From a virus: a stretch of DNA of 30,613 bases. The stretch is taken from IMG/VR virus record IMGVR_UViG_3300047557_002095, positions 1-30,613 of that record; one strand, given 5' to 3'. The translations under genes were made by a program, and so were the position numbers. Positions 23,826 through 30,613 of the stretch are shown in pieces. Below the pieces are notes generated by a model. The model ran no database searches. It saw nothing but the letters and a program-made list of their open reading frames with translations, and was not told the DNA's origin. Each line of letters begins with the position of its first letter. Positions within the stretch are counted from its first letter, which is position 1.

Positions 23826-24079
23826 TACTCACCCTTTGGTTTCATTTTTCCAATGATAAGTGCAATCTTAGCGCGATCCATGGCAGGCTTTTTCTCTTCC
23901 ATGTCTTCGCCTTCTTCCATGTCTTCTTCTTCCATGTCACCACAGCATTTTTTGATGAGGTCTTCCATGGACATCTCATACTTATCGGCAAGCATCATAA
24001 GCTTGTCGTGAAGCATTTTGACTTCTTTCATGTCTTTAGCGTTAATTTCCATTCCTTCTTTTTCCATTTCGCCCATCAT
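23825..24079 (-). CDS. Met/Glu-rich acidic small protein
   Basis: 84 aa with about 15 Met and DMEE-type repeats (GDMEEEDMEEGEDMEEKK). TTCCATGTC is repeated three times at the DNA level. Confidence 0.5.
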   Translation of the reverse strand: MMGEMEKEGMEINAKDMKEVKMLHDKLMMLADKYEMSMEDLIKKCCGDMEEEDMEEGEDMEEKKPAMDRAKIALIIGKMKPKGE

Positions 24080-24089
24080 AAATCTCTCC

Positions 24090-24410
24090 TTAGATTGCTG
24101 ATCTATAGCTTGCCATTAAACGACTAAGTGCATTTTGTTGATCTTGCTGCGCCTTGAGCATTGATTCGCCAGTAGCTTGCTGAGCTTGCTGCATCCCTCT
24201 TTGCTCAAGTTCTTTTTGCTGAATCTGTCTTTGAGCAGCTTGCTGCATGAGCCCACCTACAAGAGCAGCGCCAGCTTGAATGCCAGCAGAACCTAGTTGA
24301 GCGCCGGTAGAAGCTTGCTGCTGAGCAGCTTGCGCCTTCTTTTGTTCTTCTGACTGCTGCATGAATAGTTTAGCTAGAGCTGACATATCCATGTTTTGAT
24401 TTTCATTCAT
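24090..24410 (-). CDS. Q/A-rich small virion-associated protein candidate
   Basis: 106 aa, with a Gly/Ala hydrophobic core flanked by Q-rich helices. Confidence 0.5.
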   Translation of the reverse strand: MNENQNMDMSALAKLFMQQSEEQKKAQAAQQQASTGAQLGSAGIQAGAALVGGLMQQAAQRQIQQKELEQRGMQQAQQATGESMLKAQQDQQNALSRLMASYRSAI

Positions 24411-24411
24411 A

Positions 24412-24672
24412 TTAGCATCTCCATCTCTTTAGCGCCGCGCCTTTAGGTGTTAGCTCACCGTCTTTACTTGTAGGCCCCTTAACTCCTGCCATTCGAGCGC
24501 AAAAACTACGGCGACGGGCCGCACGTTCTGGGCTAGGATCTTTCTCGGTTACTGGCTCTTTTAGATCAGAACCATGCTCACGATTATACCTTTCGCGAGC
24601 CTTCTCGCTCATTCCGCCCGTCTTGGAATGCTTCTTAGGATTATAACCGAGGAATGGTTTTTCTTTTGCCAT
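24412..24672 (-). CDS. Small basic conserved-looking protein
   Basis: 86 aa. Reads GGMSEKARERYNREHGSDLKEPV...RRRSFCARMAGVKGP...LKRWRC. Confidence 0.5.
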   Translation of the reverse strand: MAKEKPFLGYNPKKHSKTGGMSEKARERYNREHGSDLKEPVTEKDPSPERAARRRSFCARMAGVKGPTSKDGELTPKGAALKRWRC

Positions 24673-24673
24673 A

Positions 24674-24898
24674 TTATCCCAAAAGGCTTTGTTTATATGC
24701 TTCGATCACATTAGCCAAAGCACCTTGCTGAGACTGAGCAGCTTGCTGAATGGCCGCTTGCTCCAAAGATGTTTGTTGCTGAAGTGCAGAGCTAATCATT
24801 TGTTTTTTAGCCTGTTCTTTCGCAGCGGATTGACCTAACAAACCGCCAATAACTTGAGTCGCTGCCATGATTGCTGCTGCGCCGATTACTGGATCCAT
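24674..24898 (-). CDS. Q/A-rich small protein with a Gly/Ala hydrophobic N-terminus
   Basis: 74 aa. Composition is similar to 24090-24410. Confidence 0.5.
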   Translation of the reverse strand: MDPVIGAAAIMAATQVIGGLLGQSAAKEQAKKQMISSALQQQTSLEQAAIQQAAQSQQGALANVIEAYKQSLLG

Positions 24899-24906
24899 AG
24901 TTCACC

Positions 24907-25488
24907 TCAAGAGTAGTTCAGTTCCCAGTCACCGTAGTAACTGGTTCCATCATAATACATTGTCACAATATCCACTTCGCTTGCTCCTGTAGAAAGAATA
25001 GGAGCTTGGCCTTGAGGCCATTTTACTGACGCTGGCCACACCACATCAAGTGGAGCTGCACCTTGAATAACAAACAACTTATAGACTGCGCCTTCAATCG
25101 GACTACTTAAGGTCACAGTAACGTTACCTGAAGCAGAGGCTAAGGAAAGCTTTTGCCAGTTTCCGTTACTCCAATCGACAGTCTGAGTGGTGCCTGCTGG
25201 ACTAAGAGTAGCTGCCTGAGTTAGAGCCAGGTTCTTAGAGAGGTTAAGCTTTACGATTGTGTTATCTGCAATCTTTCCAGTCGTAACCGCTTTGTTGTCA
25301 ATCTTTGCAGTTGTAACCGAAAGATCGGTGTAAGAGTTAGTAACCATCTTGTTGCCGTCACCTGATCCGGTGTGGCCGTGGTTACTGATCTTAGTCCAAG
25401 TGGTAGAATAAAGCGTACTCGCCCAGTTTCGGGTTCCACTTGTAGGTATTGTAAGTGTGAGTCCGAGACTCAGCGTAGTATATGGCAT
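24907..25488 (-). CDS. Short tail-fibre-like protein
   Basis: 193 aa. HGHTGSGDGNKM...SVTTAKIDNKAVTTGKIADNTIV is a motif common at tail-fibre N-termini. Confidence 0.5.
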   Translation of the reverse strand: MPYTTLSLGLTLTIPTSGTRNWASTLYSTTWTKISNHGHTGSGDGNKMVTNSYTDLSVTTAKIDNKAVTTGKIADNTIVKLNLSKNLALTQAATLSPAGTTQTVDWSNGNWQKLSLASASGNVTVTLSSPIEGAVYKLFVIQGAAPLDVVWPASVKWPQGQAPILSTGASEVDIVTMYYDGTSYYGDWELNYS

Positions 25489-25994
25489 TAGACCCCCGCT
25501 ACAGGTTTAGGATGTTTTGCTTTTACAGCTAATCTAAGAGCCTTCAATTCTTCCAGAGCAGCATCCCCACCGTCAAACCAAGCGTTTAAGAACTCTTCAG
25601 CGCTTGGATATTCTGCCTTACGTTTAGCAAGGCACTCCGCAAGTGCGTGCTCTGCTGACACATCGATGATCTCAATTGAGTATTCTGATTTGAGCTTTAC
25701 TTCTTTACGCACGATTGCAGCAAGCTCAGGGATCTCAGCTTGTACTAACTCACCTGACTCATTCCACACTTCAGGTACTTTTGGAGAAGCTTCTTGAACT
25801 ACTACTTCGCGCTCTTCAAGTACGTCTGCCTCATCATATGCTTCTGCGTGCATCTCATCTTTATGAGGTACCCACCGTTCAGGCTTTCCCCACGAATTTT
25901 TTTCAATGCATGAGGCAACCCATTCAGTTGGATCCAGCATTTTAGCACTAGATCTTTCCTGTCCTAATTTATTTTTAATAATAACTTTTTTCAT
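25488..25994 (-). CDS. Hypothetical protein (fibre-associated by position)
   Basis: 168-aa acidic ORF. Start and stop are coupled to both neighbours. Confidence 0.5.
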   Translation of the reverse strand: MKKVIIKNKLGQERSSAKMLDPTEWVASCIEKNSWGKPERWVPHKDEMHAEAYDEADVLEEREVVVQEASPKVPEVWNESGELVQAEIPELAAIVRKEVKLKSEYSIEIIDVSAEHALAECLAKRKAEYPSAEEFLNAWFDGGDAALEELKALRLAVKAKHPKPVAGV

Positions 25995-28132
25995 TAGTTA
26001 CCTACTCTCACAATTTCAACGGCATTATAATCTCCAGAGTTTAGCATAGCTAGAGTTGCTCCAGAGTTTTGCAATAAGCCAACTTCAATTCTATCTCCAG
26101 CTATGCAATCTACAACTGCCACTACAATTGCAAAAACAAATGTTGAATGAGTAGCTTGAGATACATTCCCTCCACGCGCTATTGATGTGTTGTTTTTTCT
26201 TATCGAAAGTACCCATTCTTCACCAGCTACCCAACCACCTCCAGAGGCTGATAAAGAATGCGCTTTAACTAAATATTTCCCACTAATTGGAATTGTGGCT
26301 TTCCATCCTGTGTTTGTTGTTGTTACATTTCCGCTTGCTGTTCCAGATACGATACCGTGGGTATCATAATCTTTATCTTCAAAGTCCAAGTATGTAAGCG
26401 TATTATTTGTTACGTTATTTCCTGCATTAGTACTGTATCTGCAGGCCACAGTTTCAGTCGCAGCAATCGCGCTAGGACCGGAAAGACGCTCAATTGTTGC
26501 ATAAGTAAATCGAGAGCCGCTATCAATTGTGTAAGTATTTACAGAGTTATTTCCTGCGCCATAAATAAACACTTCAATATATTGTCCAGCATTTAAAGAT
26601 GCAATTGTTACCACATTCACATCTTCAGAACCACCGGCCGCAGCAAACCGAGTGACCGAATCGGCTATCGCTGATCCATCTACATAAATAGCAGGACCAT
26701 AGCCATTCGATAATAAATTTGCGCCACTCAATCTAACATTAGCAGAAATTGAGTAAATTCCAGGAACAGGAACCACCCATCTATTTGACCCAGCTACAAA
26801 ACCACTATGAGTATCGATGTTAGTAGAATCAAACGCTACTTTAACAAAACTGTTATTAGTATTTACACCAGTTTGATTTGTTGATCTAAAAAGCTTTGCA
26901 GCAACCACCCGAGTATCAGTGTCGTTAGACATCTGAACAGTAGAGGACCATCCGACTACAGGAAAAGTATATTTAATATTTACTGTATCAGTGTTTCCAA
27001 AAGTAATTGGAACTGCTTGTGTTACAGCATTTTCCTGAGCATAAGTTACTGACGCGTTGTAAACTAAAACTCTAACAGAAGTAGTGCTTACATAGTTCAC
27101 GGCTACTGGGAATGTATTTGCTCCAGTATCAACTGCGTTACCTACACCAAGTTGTTGGTTATCGTTGCCGCTAAAGCTAATTTTGCTTGTATCAATTACA
27201 AGTCCAGATGGATTATTTACGGTTAAGGCCGCTGCTGTTACTGCACCACTACAAGTGATACCGACTTCAACTTCAGCTGTGTCTCCCACACGCCGATATT
27301 TTCCTGTGTAGGTTACGTTTGAGGTCCATGATCCAGTTGGAGTAAATGATACCCAATCGGTAACAGGCGCACCGTATTGCACTACTTGAGGTCCAACTAC
27401 TACGTTATCAATCGCAAGGGTATATGCACTCGCAGAAGTAGAGGCTACGTGCAGACACAAGCGGTAAGAAGTTCCAGACGCTTGAGTTTGGAATGTCGCA
27501 ATCTGACGCATCTTAGTGCCAGATGTGGCAGCTTGAATCTGATATCCAGCGGGTTGAATCACTACGGGAGTACCAGTAGGATCAGCGATCAAGTAAACGG
27601 TGAGATCGCCCGTAGCGTAAGTTCCACTTACCACTTCATAATCAAAGGTAACAGTAAGAGGCTTTGCGATATCAGCGTTATCGATTGTGAAATCATCGCT
27701 AACACCTTGGCCCTGACGGTTTGCTGCATCTTTAGCAAATTCAAAGTCAGCAGCGCCACGAAGAGGGGTAGTGGTCGATCTAGTCCATGTGACGTTAGGA
27801 GATCCCCCAGTACCGTCTACAGGTTGAGCACCTGCTGCATCAGCGTAGGTATTCCATCCAGTGGTGTTTGTTGCAGCGTTTGAGTTAGCAATGTAGTTAA
27901 TGCCAGCTTGTCCGCTTGCTCCGACTTCAGTCCAGTTAGTAGAGCTACCAGAATCGTTCTTACGGTAAAGCTTACCGTTAGAGCTATTGAGCAACAAAGA
28001 GCCGATATTGGCACTTACTGCGCTTGAAGTTGGATCAGTTGTAGAGCTGATGATGTCGTTTCCGCCATTAAGGTCAATGGTGCCTTTCAGCGTTTTGACC
28101 TTAGTACCTGAGAAAATTACTGAGCTACCCAT
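25994..28132 (-). CDS. Tail fibre / receptor-binding protein with tandem C1q/TNF-like C-terminal modules
   Basis: 712 aa. The N-terminal LLLNSSNGKLYRKNDSGSSTNWTEVG is a fibre-type anchor. C-terminal modules carry G-x-Y strand signatures (PVPGIYSISANV, PISGKYLVKAHS). Confidence 0.65.
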   Translation of the reverse strand: MGSSVIFSGTKVKTLKGTIDLNGGNDIISSTTDPTSSAVSANIGSLLLNSSNGKLYRKNDSGSSTNWTEVGASGQAGINYIANSNAATNTTGWNTYADAAGAQPVDGTGGSPNVTWTRSTTTPLRGAADFEFAKDAANRQGQGVSDDFTIDNADIAKPLTVTFDYEVVSGTYATGDLTVYLIADPTGTPVVIQPAGYQIQAATSGTKMRQIATFQTQASGTSYRLCLHVASTSASAYTLAIDNVVVGPQVVQYGAPVTDWVSFTPTGSWTSNVTYTGKYRRVGDTAEVEVGITCSGAVTAAALTVNNPSGLVIDTSKISFSGNDNQQLGVGNAVDTGANTFPVAVNYVSTTSVRVLVYNASVTYAQENAVTQAVPITFGNTDTVNIKYTFPVVGWSSTVQMSNDTDTRVVAAKLFRSTNQTGVNTNNSFVKVAFDSTNIDTHSGFVAGSNRWVVPVPGIYSISANVRLSGANLLSNGYGPAIYVDGSAIADSVTRFAAAGGSEDVNVVTIASLNAGQYIEVFIYGAGNNSVNTYTIDSGSRFTYATIERLSGPSAIAATETVACRYSTNAGNNVTNNTLTYLDFEDKDYDTHGIVSGTASGNVTTTNTGWKATIPISGKYLVKAHSLSASGGGWVAGEEWVLSIRKNNTSIARGGNVSQATHSTFVFAIVVAVVDCIAGDRIEVGLLQNSGATLAMLNSGDYNAVEIVRVGN

Positions 28133-28155
28133 TTAAGTCTCCTTAGAGAGTTCTA

Positions 28156-30051
28156 TTAAGAATAGAAGTTAACTGAGATTTCGCCTGCATTTGCAGTCGC
28201 ACTAACAGCTTTGATCGCCACGCGTGTTGTAGCAGCAATCGCAAGAGGAATGCGACCGTTACCGCCTGGGAAAATATACACTTGATCTGCTTCTGCACCT
28301 GCTGCACCAGTAGCAAGCACCAGCGTTTGGCCTGAGCTATCAAAGATCTCAACTTCATTGATTGCAGCAGAAGTCGATGCAAGAAGCTGAGTGTATGCTG
28401 CTGTGGTAACGCTAGTAGAAGTGTAATCAATACGCGCTCTGTTAGCAGCAGAACGGCCTGCGTAGTAAATCGGCATCGCAGTTTGGTTTGATGCCAGAGT
28501 TACAGAAACCGAGCCTGACATGGTTTTAGTACCAGTCGTAGGCAAACGGTTAGGAATAGTAGTTGAGTTCAGGGTACTAAGAGTGGATTCAGTAGCAGCA
28601 CCAGTAGGAAGAGATACTGTCCCACTGATATTATTGATATTCCAAGTGCCGGATTGATTTGCTGATACAGTTCCATCTACCGTTAAAGAACTTCCATTAT
28701 CACCGACTTGTAGGACACCAGAAGAATCAACCTTTAGAATATAAGTGCTGCTTCCAGTAGAACCACCAATTTGCATTACTTCAGCATTAGAAGTCGCACC
28801 GTTAGTAGTTACAGCAGATCTAATAATACCTGTATCAATATCAATAGTCTGAAGGTAATTATTTCCAGTATCTTGTCTTGCTGCTGTAGCTGCACCTGTT
28901 GGAAGACTAATGGTTCCGCTTACATTATTGATATTCCAGGTACCGCTTTGGCTTGCAGGAACCGCACTTTGATCTGAAGCAATAACAACAGGAAAGCTGA
29001 GTGCCATGGTCTTTTGACCATCAACGTCAGCGATGCTTGCAATACTTGCCTCAGTTACTAAAGCGCCTGATGGATTTACTTTGACGTTAACAAAACCACC
29101 ACCGCCTCCAGTGGTCTCTCCAGTGATCACACCACGGGTGAGTAGAACCTGGCTCTCACCTGTGATCGTGTGATTTACACGGTACTGGCTTGGAAATACT
29201 GGAACGTGGCGAGTTGTAGTAGAAAGCGTAAATGAGCTTTGAGCTACTGCGCCGTTAGTAAATTTTACTCTGTAGTATCTAAATTCCGGTTGAAACGAAT
29301 ACCCAATACCACCGCTAGCAGTAAGATAAGTGTAATAATGAGAATGGTGAACAGTAGAGCCGTCGTTTGAGAATTGCATCTCAAGACCATCGGTCGCAGA
29401 GTTTTGGTCTGCTTTTATTCCGAGTGCAATAGCTGCGTAATTCTTATTCTCAACCCAAGATCCAGTAAATACAGCACCACCTGCAAGTGCCACTGTAGTG
29501 GTGTTAGATGCGTCTACAGTTCCAGTAATTGACTGAATATCAACTTGAAGCTCACCTGCTGCATCAGTTTTTAAAACTTGAACAGCAGATCCATCATATC
29601 CAGAAACAACCTTGGTCAGAGCTGGAAGCGCCCCACCGTCAGCGGCGGTAGCTACTTCTGTAAATGATCCAGTGACCTTAACTTCGCCTGTAGCTTCAAC
29701 AACAGGATACTTGTGGCGTAGGATCTGGAATGTCACGCCAAGTGCTGGAGCAGATGCAAGTTCTTCAGCAAGGGTGATGCTGTTAGTAGCTACAGAGTAA
29801 ACTTTAACTTCTTGGCCACTGAGAGTGCCTGAAGTGATACGGATAACATCGCCCACTTTAGCCGCATGGCCAGTGGCATTGATTAAAATTGTTGTGGAGT
29901 TTGCCTCAACAGCGTCAGTGCCTACTTCCCTGACGAACTCGTGAGACAATACTGAAAGCGCATTTTGCAGCTCTCTAACAGGTTCAACTGTCGCATATTG
30001 CGGCACTAACCTGTCGTCTTTTTCCTGCGTGGACCATCCCTTGATGCTCAT
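28156..30051 (-). CDS. Tail fibre / spike protein with an internal repeat
   Basis: 631 aa, beta-rich with a GGGGG hinge. Contains a duplicated (S/N)QSGTWNINN(V/I)SGT(I/V)SLPTGAAT motif. Strong GGAGG ribosome-binding site. Confidence 0.65.
   Translation of the reverse strand: MSIKGWSTQEKDDRLVPQYATVEPVRELQNALSVLSHEFVREVGTDAVEANSTTILINATGHAAKVGDVIRITSGTLSGQEVKVYSVATNSITLAEELASAPALGVTFQILRHKYPVVEATGEVKVTGSFTEVATAADGGALPALTKVVSGYDGSAVQVLKTDAAGELQVDIQSITGTVDASNTTTVALAGGAVFTGSWVENKNYAAIALGIKADQNSATDGLEMQFSNDGSTVHHSHYYTYLTASGGIGYSFQPEFRYYRVKFTNGAVAQSSFTLSTTTRHVPVFPSQYRVNHTITGESQVLLTRGVITGETTGGGGGFVNVKVNPSGALVTEASIASIADVDGQKTMALSFPVVIASDQSAVPASQSGTWNINNVSGTISLPTGAATAARQDTGNNYLQTIDIDTGIIRSAVTTNGATSNAEVMQIGGSTGSSTYILKVDSSGVLQVGDNGSSLTVDGTVSANQSGTWNINNISGTVSLPTGAATESTLSTLNSTTIPNRLPTTGTKTMSGSVSVTLASNQTAMPIYYAGRSAANRARIDYTSTSVTTAAYTQLLASTSAAINEVEIFDSSGQTLVLATGAAGAEADQVYIFPGGNGRIPLAIAATTRVAIKAVSATANAGEISVNFYS
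28591..28659 (-). repeat. Intragenic repeat unit 2 (NQSGTWNINNISGTVSLPTGAAT)
   Basis: Near-identical 23-aa unit located 98 aa after unit 1. Confidence 0.7.
28885..28953 (-). repeat. Intragenic repeat unit 1 (SQSGTWNINNVSGTISLPTGAAT)
   Basis: See unit 2. The DNA is also clearly similar (attattgatattcca core). Confidence 0.7.
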
Positions 30052-30091
30052 GTTTTTTCCTCCCCGTCCTGAAGGCGGTTCTTAGTGAAAG

Positions 30092-30123
30092 GCGGGTTAA
30101 TTCCGTCCATGAAACTAACCCGC
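30092..30123 (-). other. 8-bp hairpin in the leader of the fibre operon
   Basis: GCGGGTTA (30092-30099) pairs with TAACCCGC (30116-30123) around a 16-nt loop. On the minus strand only UUU follows. Confidence 0.4.
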
Positions 30124-30139
30124 GTGATCGCCGTAGACA

Positions 30140-30169
30140 ATTATAATTCTATTTTTTCTGAAAGATCAA
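30140..30169 (-). promoter_or_regulatory. Internal sigma70-like promoter upstream of the fibre genes
   Basis: Minus strand reads TTGATC (30164-30169), 18 nt, TATAAT (30140-30145). Confidence 0.5.
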
Positions 30170-30170
30170 A

Positions 30171-30509
30171 CTAACGACGCTTATCGTAGTAAAGATCTAC
30201 CGAAGCAGTGCAGGTAGTGGTACCACCTGTGAAGTCAAAGATTGCCCGGACATAAGTCATCCCAAACGTGGTCGCCCGAAGAACTTCAGCTCCAGTGCCA
30301 GTCTTTGCTGCAAAGGTAATCCAGTCGAGCCAGTTAGAATTGTCTGGACTGGTTTGAATCTTAACCACAAGGCTCGTGCCAGCTCCCAATGCAGTCACAT
30401 TTAGTAGACCGGCATAGTCAACTTGTAAGCCTTCAAGGGTGTAGCTCGAACCATTGGTGTCACCGGACACAGCGCCCGATGAGAGAGTGAGTTTATTTAC
30501 GCTTGCCAT
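30171..30509 (-). CDS. Hypothetical small structural protein
   Basis: 112-aa beta-rich ORF with a GGAG ribosome-binding site. It lies immediately downstream of the tRNA-like gene on the circular map. Confidence 0.6.
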   Translation of the reverse strand: MASVNKLTLSSGAVSGDTNGSSYTLEGLQVDYAGLLNVTALGAGTSLVVKIQTSPDNSNWLDWITFAAKTGTGAEVLRATTFGMTYVRAIFDFTGGTTTCTASVDLYYDKRR

Positions 30510-30613
30510 GGTGTCTCCGATGAGGACGCGGCGGGAGGAATCGAACCTCCGTCTTAGGTGTTACTCGTCAGTCAACACCCAGCTCTACCACTGAGCTACG
30601 CCGCTAACCTCAC
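30487..30613. repeat. Terminal exact direct repeat, copy 2 (identical to 1-127)
   Basis: Same as copy 1. The unique genome length is 30,486 bp. Confidence 0.9.
30527..30605 (-). tRNA. Second copy of the same tRNA-like gene, inside the terminal overlap (same locus on the circular map)
   Basis: Identical sequence to 41-119, offset by 30,486 nt. Confidence 0.7.

Noticed and set aside
28143-28430. A 95-aa ORF overlapping the 3' end of the 631-aa fibre gene on the same strand
   Set aside because: It is an out-of-frame overlap with a long, well-supported gene. It is Leu/Gln-rich and junk-like, with no ribosome-binding site.
1-30613. Looked for CRISPR arrays, transposase/IS ends, integrase/attP, reverse transcriptase (DGR or retron) and toxin-antitoxin repeat RNAs
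   Set aside because: No spaced repeats, no recombinase-like or RT-like ORFs and no tandem RNA repeats were seen. The only repeats are the terminal overlap, the intragenic fibre repeat and short motifs described elsewhere.

Overview
The window is one complete tailed-phage genome. The first 127 nt recur exactly as the last 127 nt, which looks like an assembler end-overlap, so the unique length is 30,486 bp and the map is circular or circularly permuted. The gene content looks podovirus-like, and the host is probably Gram-negative: spanin-like lipoprotein, SLT lysin, GGAG-type ribosome-binding sites and sigma70-like promoters.

Two transcription arms diverge at 7.8-8.5 kb and converge at about 14.2 kb.
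- Late arm (minus strand, 7831 down to 1, continuing 30613 down to 14208): small and large terminase, portal, scaffold, major capsid, a tRNA-like gene, two long fibre proteins, small Q/A-rich and Met/Glu-rich proteins, adaptor and nozzle-sized proteins, large internal-virion-like proteins, an SLT lysin and a lysis cassette.
- Early arm (plus strand, 8525 to 14308): many tiny ORFs coupled by ATGA overlaps, Gp157-like, AlpA-like HTH, SSB, ERF recombinase, metallophosphatase; a VRR-NUC nuclease converges on it from the late arm.

I recognised no DNA polymerase, primase, helicase, replication initiator, integrase or CI-type repressor.

The most unusual items are:
1. A roughly 690-bp ORF-free divergent region (7832-8524). 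A near-consensus plus-strand promoter fires straight into nested helices, so this is a candidate ~0.5-kb structured RNA or giant leader.
2. A tRNA-Val(GAC)-like gene with a canonical body but 8 extra nt in the anticodon loop, embedded in the late operon.
3. A second control region (8825-9530) with convergently overlapping ORFs, a strand-specific orphan terminator and twin 17-bp palindromic operators.

All functional calls rest on motif recognition by eye, gene size and gene order. No database search was run.
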